Shown here: piece by piece, positions 8,837-22,600 of the stretch
Layout: the number at the start of each line of letters is the position of its first letter
Numbering within the stretch: position 1 is the stretch's first letter
NCBI GenBank assembly: GCA_020628935.1
Contig: JAHDEG010000004.1
Location: forward strand, 85,893-149,892
Length of the DNA: 64,000 bases
Source: Flavobacteriales bacterium
GTDB lineage: Bacteria > Bacteroidota > Bacteroidia > Flavobacteriales_G > JALEGO01
Reading direction: 5' to 3'
The notes under the pieces: model-generated
The model's database searches: none
Told to the model about the DNA's origin: nothing
The model's input: only the letters and a program-made list of their open reading frames with translations
Position numbers and translations under genes: made by a program

Positions 8837-10534
8837 TTATTGCTTGACAAACTTCGCTTTGGAAACCTTTGAATCGTAAATACTAGAGATATAATATATA
8901 CCATTAGAAAGGTCTGTAACGTTAACAGGTGATGAGTTAAAGACCTTTACAACCTCACCTAGTGAATTTGTAATTTGTAAACTACCTCGAGTATTTCCGC
9001 GAAATGTTAATTCATTTTTAACTGGGTTGGGAAACAATTGGATTATAGCACTACTATTAACTGGCTGCATAGATGTGGCCACTGGCTTTAGTGGTATATA
9101 CCCATTATGCTTTTTGTTTATTTGATAGTAAGGATTAATGACATTTACCGATGTGTAGCTAAAATCTGAATTCCACAATTGAGTATGATTGATAGTAGTT
9201 ACCAAGTCATTACCCCTACCTATTATTTCATAAAATCCGTTGCCGTTGAGATCTTCCATTACAAATTGATTAAAAGAGCTATTGCCAGCAATTTCCAGTG
9301 GAAAATCAGTTATAGTATCGGCTTGCAAAGTAAACCCAAGATACTGACCCTGCCCTAAGTTATCTTGCACGTTTTCATCACAAATCAGCTCTAAGTTTCC
9401 ATCGGCATTTAAATCGGCTAGAGTAATCTGATTTGCTACCCCGTTACCAACGTAAATAGGAAAATTAGGGATTAAATTACCATTAACATCGTACCCATAA
9501 ATTTGTTGGTTACCGCCAGCGTACTCTGGTACAAAAATTTCTTGATTACCATCATTATTTATATCAGCCGTAATTGCAGCACCGTAAATCCAGCTGGGTG
9601 TACTCTTTGGCCAGCCTGTTCGCAATTCGCCAGTGTTGCTTAAAACGTACGTAAACCCGCCCGGCTGATGAGAAGAAAAAATAATTTCATGTTGGTCATC
9701 TCCATCAATATCTACTAGCAATGGAGCGGCAAAAGAATTTAATTCAACATCAGTGGGATCTAAATCGAATGGGAAGCCTGATTTAATATTACCAGCTGCG
9801 TCCCAAACCCATAATTTATTTCTTGATTCGGCTACTATTTCAATTATACCGTCTCCATCAATATCACCGGCTGCACATGAAGAGGCTGGGTAATGATCCA
9901 TTAGAATTGGCCAGCCAGGAAAAAAGTTTCCATCACCTGTCAACACACCGGTATACCCTTCGGTTGAAGATCCTCTTTTTGTGTATATTATTTCATCGGC
10001 TCCATCACCATCTAAATCTTTAAGAATTGGAAGGATAGGATATCTGCCTGCATCGGTAAAAGGAAAACCTTGTTTAACTGTTCCATCAATGCTATAGGCA
10101 TATATACTTCCGTTGGGGTTTTGCACTCCTGCACTAAAAACTATGTCATCAATTTGATCGCCATCAATATCACCAATACTTGGAGACCAGATTATTGGGT
10201 CTGGAATTTCAATTGGCCAACCGTTTACATTTGAGCCATCTTTATTAATTACATAAAGTTTATTATAACTATTAAATACGATTTCTAAATCAGGATCGGC
10301 ATCAGCATTTATAGTTACTACCCCCATTCTCGGAAAAAAGCCAAAAGTACTATCGTGTAGGGGGAAATTTGGCTCACTTTCAAAACTATTGTTCAGTACA
10401 GATACCTCAGAGATCTCTTTTAACTGCAAATTTGTACTTACTATTTCAGGCAATTTACCATCTAAATCTGGGATATATTGTGAGAATGAAACGAGTGAGA
10501 ACAAGGATAAAATAAGTATAGTTAGGATCCGCAT
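8837..10534 (-). CDS. Seven-repeat FG-GAP/VCBS beta-propeller protein with T9SS type A C-terminal sorting domain
   Basis: The signal peptide ends ...VSFS|QY. There are seven Ca-binding-like repeats: DIDGDQIDDIVF, DLDGDGADEIIY, DIDGDGIIEIVA, DIDGDDQHEIIF, DINNDGNQEIFV, DLNADGNLELIC, DLNGNGFYEIIG. The C-terminus is LFPNPVKNELTF...LSNGIYYISS...KFVKQ. Confidence 0.8.
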   Translation of the reverse strand: MRILTILILSLFSLVSFSQYIPDLDGKLPEIVSTNLQLKEISEVSVLNNSFESEPNFPLHDSTFGFFPRMGVVTINADADPDLEIVFNSYNKLYVINKDGSNVNGWPIEIPDPIIWSPSIGDIDGDQIDDIVFSAGVQNPNGSIYAYSIDGTVKQGFPFTDAGRYPILPILKDLDGDGADEIIYTKRGSSTEGYTGVLTGDGNFFPGWPILMDHYPASSCAAGDIDGDGIIEIVAESRNKLWVWDAAGNIKSGFPFDLDPTDVELNSFAAPLLVDIDGDDQHEIIFSSHQPGGFTYVLSNTGELRTGWPKSTPSWIYGAAITADINNDGNQEIFVPEYAGGNQQIYGYDVNGNLIPNFPIYVGNGVANQITLADLNADGNLELICDENVQDNLGQGQYLGFTLQADTITDFPLEIAGNSSFNQFVMEDLNGNGFYEIIGRGNDLVTTINHTQLWNSDFSYTSVNVINPYYQINKKHNGYIPLKPVATSMQPVNSSAIIQLFPNPVKNELTFRGNTRGSLQITNSLGEVVKVFNSSPVNVTDLSNGIYYISSIYDSKVSKAKFVKQ

Positions 10535-10544
10535 TTTATTTTTT

Positions 10545-10552
10545 TTGACAAA
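10545..10552 (-). promoter_or_regulatory. Candidate Bacteroidetes -7 promoter box (TAnnTTTG) for the FG-GAP gene
   Basis: The minus strand reads TATTTTTG, 11-18 nt upstream of the ATG at 10534. This matches the Bacteroidetes sigma-A -7 consensus TAnnTTTG. I saw no clear -33 TTTG, and the motif is common by chance in AT-rich DNA. Confidence 0.3.
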
Positions 10553-10580
10553 AATAAAGAAATCGCTTGACTTTAAATAA

Positions 10581-10617
10581 ATAAAAAAGGGAACTCGAAT
10601 TTAATCGAATTCCCTTT
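10581..10617 (-). terminator. Rho-independent terminator of the giant adhesin gene
   Basis: The minus strand reads GGGAATTCGA-TTAAAT-TCGAGTTCCC: a 10-bp stem with one G.U pair and a 6-nt loop. It is followed directly by TTTTTTATTTATTT and begins about 25 nt after the stop codon at 10640-10642. Confidence 0.7.
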
Positions 10618-10639
10618 GGCATTGAATTATACTTAATAC

Positions 10640-13600
10640 TTACTGATCTACAATAAGTCTAGTGCTAAATACATTGGTTTCATTAGCAACTCTAATAACA
10701 TAAACTCCTGCAGGTAGTACATCAGCCGGGTTTATATAAGTTACAAAGTCACCATTTGCATCTGTTTTTATGATGGATGTAAATACTTTTCTACCCTCAA
10801 CATCGGTGATCATAAACTCTAAATCTTCTGAAGAGTTAAATGTACCGGTATTCATTAGCGTAAAGTTTCTTCCGTTATTAGGATTAGGGAATACTCTGAT
10901 TCCTCTATCAGCTGAAGAAGCGCCTTTTGTCATATCTACAGCTATTGGACCGTAAACAGACTCAGTACCATCCAAATCAATTTGTACTAACCTATAGTAA
11001 GAGGTTCCGCTAAATGGATTTTCATCTATTGCATCATATCTTAAAACGGATGTAGACGTTCCGTTAGATGCTTTAGATAATACATCTACTACGTTTTCAT
11101 AGACAGCACCATCTTGAGATCGTTGAACCTTAAACCTTTCGTTACTAATTTCAGCAGCTGTAATCCAATCTACTTGAACGTCATCGCCAGATTTTTGAGC
11201 TGTGAAAGAAAGCAATTCGATTGGAAGCGGTCCGCCATCATTACCAATTGCATGACCAGTAAAGTGATCAGTTGTACCGGTAAACGACCAAACAGTACCA
11301 GAATAAACTGTTGCAGCTCCTGTAGCTCCATCAATGTATTCCCATGGGCCTCCTGCATCGTAGCGGCTCATTCTTGACATCGTTCTGTCAAACCCTGTTA
11401 ACTCTTTACTTTGATCCCAGTATAGCGTTACATCAGCATCAGTTGAACTAGAAACTATATCCCAATAGTAATCAACTACGTCTTCGGTTATTTCAGTTCC
11501 ACCAGAGCATCCTCCCATATCACTTAAGTAATCGCAAAGGTTAACATCAATTGTAGTTACGACACCAGAATTATGTGCAATATCTGCTCTCGCATAATTG
11601 GCAGAACCTGTTGCTAAGCCCATTGGTAAAGTTACTGTTTCACCTGCATCAACACCTGTTGTTTTAACATATGAACTATTATCTACAATAAAGAATCTAT
11701 CTGTTGTACCAGCAATACCATCAACATCGTCATCATCCCAATTCTCAATGGTGAAGTCATTACCATTTAAATTTATATAACCTGCTGAAGAGAATGTTGT
11801 TTTATTTTCAACTATCAGAGGTGTGTTGATTGATACAACGTTACCTGAATTGTTAATTGCCAAATTATAATAAGTCTCATTACCTGTAAATGAGCTAATA
11901 GTCTGCCCAGCTGATCCATCAAATGTAACAGTTTGTGTGCCTTGTAAAAAACCACCAGCGGCAAGCCAATCACCTCCAATAAAAATGTCATTTGAATTTG
12001 TAGCAACATTAAGTGTTCCGAAAATAGTAAGGTCTTTAGCAATATCCAAGACCAAATTTGCAGATGGGGTTCTAGTTCCGCTGGCTATTGATAGATTGTT
12101 AAATCCTTCAACTAACGCTGCAGTATTTGTAATTGTACCATCTGTCATAAATATAACTGATTCATTATCTGTTCCCTCTATAAAACCATCAGCATTATTA
12201 TTTATCCAATCATTATTAATTTGAATATCTGTATTACCAGTTTCTGCATCTAAAACGCCTGTAGATGATATAACCAATGATCGTTGAATTGTCAGGTTTG
12301 TAGCTGAGGTTACAACTTTACCCCCTCCTGAGGTAGCTATACGTAAATCTTGAAATGTCTGATTACCACCCGCAAAAATAGTTTGCGTTGTTGTACCATC
12401 AAAAATAGCAACGCTCGGAGATGAATGTGTGAAGCCGGGGCCTCCATTGTTATTTGTCCAATTACCTGCAATAGTAAATTCTTTATCTTCAGGTCTGAAC
12501 TGACTTAATACATTTATGGTAATATCGCCATCAATATCAAACAGGGTACTAGCATCAGAAAACAAGCTGGAAAAACCTGTATTAGCAACAATGAGGTTAT
12601 TAAACTGCTCAGTAGCAGCAGTGCTAGTTACAGTCTGATCAACAGCTCCATCAAAAGTTACCGTTTCTGTACCTGCACCTTGTACAAAACCTGCAGCTCC
12701 GTTATTGTTTGTCCATTGCCCGGCAACTTCCATATCAATATTAAATACATCAACATTAAATATTCCGGTTGGAGATATTATGAAATCACCGTCTACATCA
12801 ATATTAGTAGAGGCACTTGGTCTAATTATCGCACCACCAGTACTATTAATGGTTAAATTAAAGAATGTTTCTTTAGCATCTGCAGTTGCAATAAACTTAG
12901 TTAATGAGGAAGCATCGAAAATTACAGTACTTGTTCCTTCAACAAAACCAGCTGTACCTAACTCATTTAGCCAGTTTCCACCAATATTCATTGTATTAGC
13001 ACCTAAATTAAACACTGCAGAACCTGAATTATCATCTATTCTAAAATCATTATCAACATCTATATTTGTTTGAGGTAGTACTTCACCTCCAGAATTATTA
13101 ATAACTAAATTGTAGAATGTCTCAAATCCGTTTATATTTTGGTTTGCTGGTCCATCAAAGAAAACGGCTCTAGTACCTTGGTTAAATCCATCTGCTCCTT
13201 CGTTGTTTGTCCAGTCTCCTCCAATATAAATATCTTTATTATTTACGTTGAACTCACCATCTGCATTAATAGTAAAATCCCCATCCACATTCAAATCATT
13301 AGCTGCGTTAGGTCTAACTATGGCTACTCCAGTGTTTGCAATCGTAACATTATTAAAGCTTGATTCATTTAAAATACTTTGATCAGAGGAGCCATTAAAA
13401 ATAACTGTTCCATCACCTGGTTCAAACGAAGTGCCACCTGCAGTATTGTTGAAATTACCAGCCAAACTGATGATATGTGTGGCGTTATCAACTTCCAACA
13501 CACCAGAGGTAATATTTAAGTCGCAATCTATGTCTAATGCACTACCGGTTAAGAAAGTTGCTGTAGATGGTGATGCACTAGCTATAGTAAGTCCACACAA

Positions 13601-16600
13601 TGATGATGTACCCAAAGTGATTACTGGGGAACCTGTTGGTGCAGTAAATATGACATTTGATCCTGCACCTGCATTTATTGTACCGGTGTTCGTGAGTGAA
13701 GAACCTATTGTGGTTATGCTATTATCACCTAATGTTAAAGTACCAGAGTTAGTTATTGCGGAATCAACGTTAAGAGAATCCCCAATCATACTTATTGTAC
13801 CCGAATTTACCAGAGCACCATTAGTTGATAAAACCGAACCTCCACCATTTAAAGTGATTGTACCTGAATTTATTATAGAATCGTTAGCTGATAAATTAAT
13901 TCCAGAGTTAACCGTAATTGAAGCATTAGCCTCAATAGTAATTAAATTAGCTTGCCCTAAGTTACCAGTTGAGGTATTTGATACTATTGGGAAAGGATTG
14001 GGTGCTACATCCGGAATTAACACGTCAGTAAACTGATCAGGTCCGAAGGTTTCGCCAGCAATACCATCTTGCCAGTTCCCCAACTCCTCATAATCGTCAT
14101 TTACATTACCTGTCCAAACTACCTCAGCTTCCCAGAAAACTTTATTGAATGGATCAAATTCGTAATCTTCCCCAGATAAAGGTCCTTGAGCAAATTTAAA
14201 CTCAATTTGACCTACTCCGCTGTTATTTCTTCTAACATTTCTTGCAGATCCACTAGGGGAATCTAAGAATCTTGCCAACAGTACTCTATTAACACCTGTT
14301 AAATCTTGTGGGGCATTATAAGTAAATTTAGGAGATGAGTTCACTCCATTTTGGAATGTAGTAAACGAGAAGTTGTTAGTTAAGTCTACAGCTGAACCTG
14401 AAGTTAAATTTATACCACTGCTATTCATGTATTCGAACAGTGTGTAAAGTGCGTGAATTGTTCCCCCAGAATTAACCGTAAACCCATAATTACCAGTACA
14501 ACTTCTAGTAACTACGGCTCTATTTGTTTGATCTGTTCCTAACAATTTAATTGTACCACCACTATTTACACTAACTGATGAAGACGAACCCATTATTAGG
14601 GCCGAATTAGCTAACATACTTAACTCACCTGAAGTACTTATTACTAGTTGATCGGTACCAGTGCAATCTCCCAAGTTTACGTCTAATCCATTAACTACTA
14701 AACTACCACCTGTTATAAACATACCATTTTTAACAGTTAAATTATCTGTTAATAAACTGTAGTCAGCCCCTCCTTCGATGTTTAGATTGGCAAAGTCTCC
14801 CATACCAGGTTTGAAGTTTAAGGAACCAGATGAACCGCTAAGTATTACTGAGCTTAAGCTATTAGATACAATTGTGCCGTTATTTATAAAGTTACCCTTT
14901 ACATCTAGTTCATTATTTGAGTTTCCTAAGTCAACGATACCGGTAACTACTTCGAAATCATTATTAACCGTAACATCTGTAGTTATTGATGAAGTAGATG
15001 TAGCGTTAACGATTAAGTTGTAGAAAGGATCAGTTATATCTATTGATGCTGAACCTGAAGCGGGAACTAAAATTACGGTTCCGTTTCCTGATGAGAAACT
15101 ACCAGTACCACCTTGATTCCAACTACCACCTAACATAAACGTATCGTTCGCATTAACCATTTGGAAAATACCATTATTTGTTAAGAAACCTGACACGAAC
15201 AAATCAGTATCTGAGTCTGATACAGGTGCATCTAGTGTTAATGCTGCTCCAGTTTCTATTTCTAAAATTTTGGCTTCTGCCGCGCCTACAGCAATAGTAG
15301 GTTGAAATGGTGCTGATGCATTGATATAAGCAAAATCATCTGCATCTGGAACTTTATCTGGTCCTACAGTCGCCTTCCAATTTGAAACTGTAAACCAATC
15401 TGTACTAGTTACGCCAACCCAATTTAGTATAGGTGTACCTGTCCAATTTATAATGTTAGAAGGATCATCATCAAAATCTTCACCTGAAAAATTACCCGTA
15501 GCGTCATAAAACTCTAAAACTCCAGTTGTTACGAATGTTTTAGAAACATTTGCCGCACTTCCACCTGGAACACTCGGGAAATTGACGTTCTCAATTCTAT
15601 TGGTAACACCTGTAAATGATTGAGTATTATCTACTACTAAACAAGCTCCTGAAGTAGGACAGTTATCAAAGGTTCCGTTGCTAAAGTGATTTGTGTTATC
15701 TATTGTACCTGTATTAGTTATTCTAACACCTGGCACATCCATAAATTCGAATTTATAGTTTTCTGCTTTTATTGTACCATTTATTGTAATACTATAACGA
15801 CCGGTAATATTAGATACTACTGCATTGGAAGTGGGAGATCCAACAACGTCTAATAAACCACCAAGGTTTACATTAATAGAGCTTGCATTAGCCAATTGAA
15901 TTCTACCTCCTGCACCGGCAATGTATGTTCCTCCTATGTCAAATACTCTACCAAAAGTATTTATAGAGACAGTATTACCATTTCCGTTAACAACTCCAGA
16001 ATTTATTTTCAAATTATTTCTTATCGATAAATCATCTTGCATAGTGTATGTTGCTCCACCAATTACATCAAGATTGTATAGTACAGAACCATTCATTCTA
16101 ATATTAGCAACTCCAGCTGTTTTATTTAGCATATAATTACCAGTGTAACCAGTACCAAATGTTCCTCCAGTTGCTTGAAGACTTCCACCTACAAGAATAT
16201 CCATTCCATTTGCATTAAACAAACCATTTGTAACAGTAAAATCATTTTCAATAATAGGACCATCAACTCCAGGGAAGACATAATACGCAGGATCATTGTT
16301 TACTGTTAAGTCGTAAAAGTTTTTCTGCAAACCCCCACCATTTACCACATAAACTCCGGTATTTCTTGTTGTACCATCAAAAGTGACATTACCATTTCTG
16401 CAGATAAATTCACCTAAATAGTGATTGAAAAAATATCCAGCTATGGTTATGTCGAAATTAGAAGCACTTACATCTAATGTACTGTTATCGTATATATAAA
16501 TATTCTCTTCTACGTCAATATCACCATCAAGTGTTTTAACATTATTTTCAGAAAAATACAATCTACCGTATTGCGCACTTCGCACTGTTTGGTTAACCGT

Positions 16601-19600
16601 TCCTTGATAGTAAGACTGACTTGTGGGATCAGCTATATAGTTACTGAAATTATTAGGATAACTTTCTGCTCCCTCAACTCTTATTCTTTCACCAGCACCT
16701 ATTTCAAATGTACCAGTACCAGTAGTATTGTTAACATTAAATGCTTGAGTTTCGAAATCAAAATTCCTCACGGCATCATATATTGTTAAGTCACCAGTCA
16801 TCGTTACATCATCTAATAGTCTAGTTCTATTTTTAACTTCCCAGTTGTTAAATTTACCAGGTTCAACATACATGATATTATTTCTGTCAAAAACAATTGT
16901 CCCGGTATTGGCAACAAAATTTCCTTCTCCATACCAGTATCCTCCTTTAAAAACGTGAGTTGCACCACCATCATCGAAAGTAGAACCTGATTGTAAATCA
17001 ACGTTATTATTCATTTCTATGTAACCTGTAGCATCAGATGCAAGTGTTACTCCTGCATAAACATTGGTTCTTTCTGCAACTATTAATGTATCAGATACTG
17101 TTTTTATGCCAGATCCTTCAACCTCAAGTCTATAAAAACTTACATTTTGAACAGATTGATTAGCGTTAGCATCTAAATAATGGTAACCAGCTCTTGAATT
17201 ATCAAAAGTACCTCCACTTCCATCAACATTCCCTTGAAAATGTATACCGTGCCAATTGTCATTTTGGGCAAAGATTCCGGATGAAATTGTAAAGTCGCCT
17301 TCAATGTATAAATCTACACCCGCAACTTCATCATAATTAACTGTACCTCCGGTTGCAATATCAAGATTGTAAAACGCAGAGTTTCTTGGAGCAAGTGTAG
17401 ATGTACCCGCAGCACCGTTTAAGTGAACCGTTCCATTACCATGTGAGAAAATCGCATTTGCAGTTTTGGTCCAGTTGCCAGATACAAATATTTCAGAAGT
17501 AGGATCACCAACTGCAATAATGGCTGTTGACGTTCCTTGACCCAATTCTAAATCGTTAAATACTTCTAAATTATATCCAGCATCTACCGTTAGGATTCCA
17601 TCTGATAAAATAAGATCTCTACACTTAGCAACATTTACATCAATAATAGGATTATTAGTTTGAAGTGGAATTACTGCGTTTATTGAAGAATCTGGTACTA
17701 TCGCGGGGCTCCAATTTTGAGGGTCTTCCCAAGCAGTGCTTACCGCTCCAGTCCAGTTAACTTCACTAACTGCAGGCCAATCTATTCGTGATGTGCCAGT
17801 ATTTTCTTCTGTAAGATCGTGCTCATATAAAACTCCACCAAGAGTACCTGATATGATTCCATCAAAAGTAATTGTAGTAGTTGATCCATCTGGTCTCCAA
17901 ACATTAAACGTTTCACCAACAACTGGAGTTCCGCCATAATTAAAAGTAACATTGTCAATTGTACTGGGAGGAGGATTGCACTCTAACCTCATGTAATATT
18001 TATTCGTACCCCCAGCAGTCCTCATATTTGAAAAACTACCGTCCGATAAATTGTGAGTTGCATCAATATTTGCAGTAGCTCTAATTTGAAGCCCGTTATC
18101 GTTTAGTTCTGAAATAGAATAATATCTTGCGGCTATTGTACCGGTCGTAATATCAAGGTTTATTTGCTTTCTATTTTGGTTCCATTGCTCGCCACCCAAA
18201 GTTGCTTGTTGAGAAGATGAACCAACGAGTTGTAACGTACCTTCAACTATTATTTGGGCGTGATCACCATTATCTCGAACATTCATTAGTAGAGTACCTC
18301 CCGCATCTACATCTAATACTCCTCCAGCCTGAACTACTATTACCTCACCTATTGGATCACCTCCATCATCATTACCAACATGAAGTGTATTTGCGTTCAT
18401 GCTAAAAGTTGCATTATTACCAACCACTAGGCTATCATTTATGTAAGTCTCATCTAATAAATTAAATTCTCTGTTTGAGTTATCAGCCTGGTTAAATTTT
18501 AATTTGTAAAACCACTGTCCATTAGAAAGTATCGTTTTTGTTGCACTTGAGTTACTCTCAAAAAATACTGTTCCCTCTCTGTCATTAAATCCTCCACCTG
18601 TATTATTCCAATTTCCTGTTAATGAAATACTATAATCTCCAGAGTTATTGACATCTAAAGCTGTACCAGTGTTAATTGTTAAGTCATCAATAAACCAATC
18701 CCCTAACAGTGTTTTTGTTCCAGATCCATTTATTACTATGTCTTTGGCGGTTAAGCCCGGTATTGTTTGGCCACCAAGTCTGTCAAAAGTTAAATCGGCA
18801 TTGTTTGTAACCCATGTACCATTGTTAGTAATTGTGGAGGAAGCAATTGTATGTGTTAAAGTTCCCATATTAACTGTCACATCTGGATCAATAACAAATG
18901 TTCCATTAAATACATCAATACCGTTTGATGTGAAGTTAACTGTGTTACCAGAGCCGCCAGAACCATCCTCAAATTCGACTGCGTAAAAGTCATTATTTAC
19001 CCCAGGGTTAACCGTTTGAGTACCTGTAATTCCATCGAAGTAAACAACGTTTCCGGTATGCGTAAATGTTCCGTTATTTGTGAAGTTACCCTGAACATAC
19101 ACCGGTCTGTAGGAAGTAACAGTTACATTAGGACTAATTGTTACATTTCCATTAAAATCATATATATCATTATGCAAAGTTTTAGTCCCAGAATTTGTAA
19201 ACACTACATCTGGAGTTAAGAAAGGAAGATATCCTTGACCATTATTTAAAGCTTGATCATCTCCATCAAATGTCATTGTTCCAGTTCCTGGCGTATAATC
19301 TCTAATATCTGTGTTTGCACCGGCAAAATTCATATCAAAGTTTCCATCAATAAATGTAGCGTTTCCATTCATTAAAAAATTCCCATCTACATCAAGGTCT
19401 CCTGTTAATGTTGCATTACCCGTTGTATACATTAAAAAAGTACCGTATGTTACTCCAGAATACACAGTTTGGTCTGAGGCTCCGTAAAGCGCGGTAATAC
19501 TATTAATATCAATATCATATGTAGAGAAATTAAGTGGGAAAGCATCACCATTTGCTGCTATAACATCTGAACGTAAAGTAGAGTTTGAAGAAAGTAACAT

Positions 19601-22600
19601 TGTTTTACCAACTCCTGTTGAGGTTACTGTGCTAGTATTCATATCACAGGTCACGCCAGCTTGTATTGTTAAATCTCCTGATACTGTTGAATTTGCATTA
19701 AAACCTTTCGTTCCTGTACCACCTAAAATTAGATTATGATAGTCAGTTAAATCTGGATCCATATTCCAATTAGCTCCAACATGGTTTAATGTTCCTCCGT
19801 TCCATGTAGGTTGTGGGGCACCCGCTTGATGACTCCAGGTTCCAGTCAAGTCCAACTTAAAGCCAGCCATGTTAATAGTTGTCTCGTCATCATTAACATA
19901 TAAGTTTTCACTTACACTAAAGTCTCCTGTTGCCGTTCTGATGGATGCTACACCGGCAGAATTTGAAAAAAGGTTAAGCCTAAAATAGTCAGTTGGATAA
20001 ATATCTTGATCTCCATCACCTCTATATTGAACAGCTCCACCAGTAATATTATACGTACCGAAATCTACAGGGAAATTAGTGTTTGGAGATATTCCATAAG
20101 CGATTAGTGTACTGGATGTTTGATTGAACGATCCTGATGGAGTACCAACAACTTGCGCTCCAGGATAAATGTAGTAACTAGCTGACATATATATACTACC
20201 GTTCACATTCATGTTTTCATAAACCTGCTTAACAGCGTTACCCTGAATGTATACATTATTAAATGTTGTTTCTGTACCAGCAGTTTCTCCAATGATTTGG
20301 TTATCGTCAGAACTAAAAATAACACCTCCAACGCCCGTTTGTAAAAATCCAGCATTACCAACATCATTTCTCCAATTACCATTTACAGTGATATTATTTG
20401 TTTGAGCGTCAAGAACCGTACCCACTTCAATATGCAGTCTTCCTTCAATAGTAATTCCTCTGTTTAATGTTTTGGTTCCGGAACCAGTTGTGGATAGGTT
20501 GTAAAAAGTTCCGCCATCAATCAGTTGATCTCCAGTGTTATCAAAATATACAATAGCAGTGTTTGGTTCAAAAGTTCCTCCTGATCGTACCGACCAATCT
20601 CCACTAGCAAATATGTTGTTTGCAGAAGCACCAACATCAACAATACCTGAATCTAACATAAAAGTTCCATCCACACCAAGTATAGTACCTAATACATATA
20701 TAGCTCCAGGCGCATCAAACTTTAAATCATAAAAAGGATCTAATGCTCCACTGGTTGATATAGAATGAGTTCCTGTAGTTCCATTAAATATTACAGTTCC
20801 TGTACCTTCATTAAAAGAACCAGAATTATTCCATGATCCTGCAACACGAATGGTATCTGAGCTATTTATATGAGAAAGAGTTGAACCTGAACTAATTGAT
20901 ACATTATTGCCAACCTCTAAATCAGCACCATTAACATTAAGAGTTATTGGATTTGAACTTTCGTCATCTATAGTTAGATTATAGCAAATCGCTGTTGAGC
21001 TATTAATATTAACCGTATATGCACCAGCTACACCGCCAACAGTATGCTCAAGAAAAACAAAACTTTCTGCTGGTGGAACAATATCAGAGGTCCAGTTTAA
21101 ATTATCAGACCAATTACTTGTTCCAGCTCCTCCATCCCAGTAAAATGCATCGGGATAATCCCATTTTATTAACGTTCCTGGATCAGCATCATCTTGATCG
21201 TTAGCTTCACCATTTAAAGCCCCGGATGGGTTTTTAAATACCATTTCACCAATGCCAGAAGTTCTACTTACATTGTATGTAGGTCCATCATTAAATACCA
21301 CCGCTACAGCTGTATCTATTGACGACAAGTCAACGGTGGCTCCTATGGTGATATATGCATTACCTGATCCGCCAGAGAAGGTACCATTTGAAAATGCATT
21401 TGTGCTGGCTAGAGTACCATTTTGAACATCAATACCATTGCCGGAAGTGTTTTTAATATTAAAATACTTAACAGCAAGATTTCCACCGGTTTGCTCAAAA
21501 ATATAATTATTAGCCTGAGATTTTTGGATGGTAGCCTCACCTAATTCGGTACCAACAACTAGTAAATCTCCACCTGCATTCAATAACGTAGCGTTATCCC
21601 CTAAGTTTAAGCTAGCAGCTGAATCAATTTCTAATGTGCCGGAGTTAATCGTAATGTCTCCTGCATTGCTAAGTGTAGTTAGAGAATTTGAGTTTAAGTC
21701 GAAGTAACCATCATCGATTATTATGCCGTATCCTGAAACCATTTCTAAAGGAGCAGTTAACTCGTAAGTTGCACCAGGTGCATTAAAGTGAATCGTTCTA
21801 TATCGGTTAAGTCCTCCAACCGCAGGTTTAATTTGATGTGTTCCTGAAGTTCCAACAAATTCTAATGAGCTCAAGGCAGATACATTTTCATACTCACCAT
21901 CGTTAATAAAGCTTCCTCCAATATATAGATCTTGCGCTTCTGTACGATATCTACCCTGATTTATAACCAAATCATTTTGGACATATACATCGTTATAATA
22001 ACTCCTACCTCTATCAGCAGGATCTGCTTTATCAATGGTAAGATTATAAAATTGTTTTCCAACAGCAATGCCACCCGAATATATTGAACTTTGAACTGTA
22101 CCATCTAAAGTAACAGTTCCATTACGAGGCTCAAAAGTACCTGTGCTATCGTTATCCCACCAATATTGCAAGTTAATATTATTGTTACCCAGTCCAACAT
22201 CTAATGTAACATTGTCATCTATTCTTAACCCTCCATTTACATCAATAGCGCCAGTTAAGGTTTTTGTGCCCGTACCTTCAAATAATACAGTCCAAAACTG
22301 AGATTGAGAAATAAATTGGTTTACACCATCAAAATGAAGCTCATTACTATGCTGCCAAGTACCTCCTATATTAATCCAATCTCCTAAGACATAATGAGGA
22401 CGATTTGTACCATTTAAAACTGTGTTATTAATTGTAACATCTCCATTAATTCTAAAAGGATTTCGATCAAATACTTTTTCAGCTGAGCCCGAAAACACCA
22501 AATTGAAGTACTCTGTAGCTGGATTATTGTTATACATATATTGTATAACTGAACTTCCATTCATATGAATTGTACCATTGTTATGAATAAACCTTGCGTT

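Noticed and set aside
13431-14036. A 201-aa ORF, and many other 60-125-aa ORFs, lie on the + strand inside the giant minus-strand gene. Similar antisense ORFs lie inside other long genes, for example 32144-32533, 51488-51865 and 54362-54733.
   Set aside because: They are wholly embedded antisense in long, motif-rich ORFs. They have low-complexity composition mirroring the sense-strand repeats and no recognisable motifs. They are best explained as chance open frames in AT-rich repetitive coding DNA.
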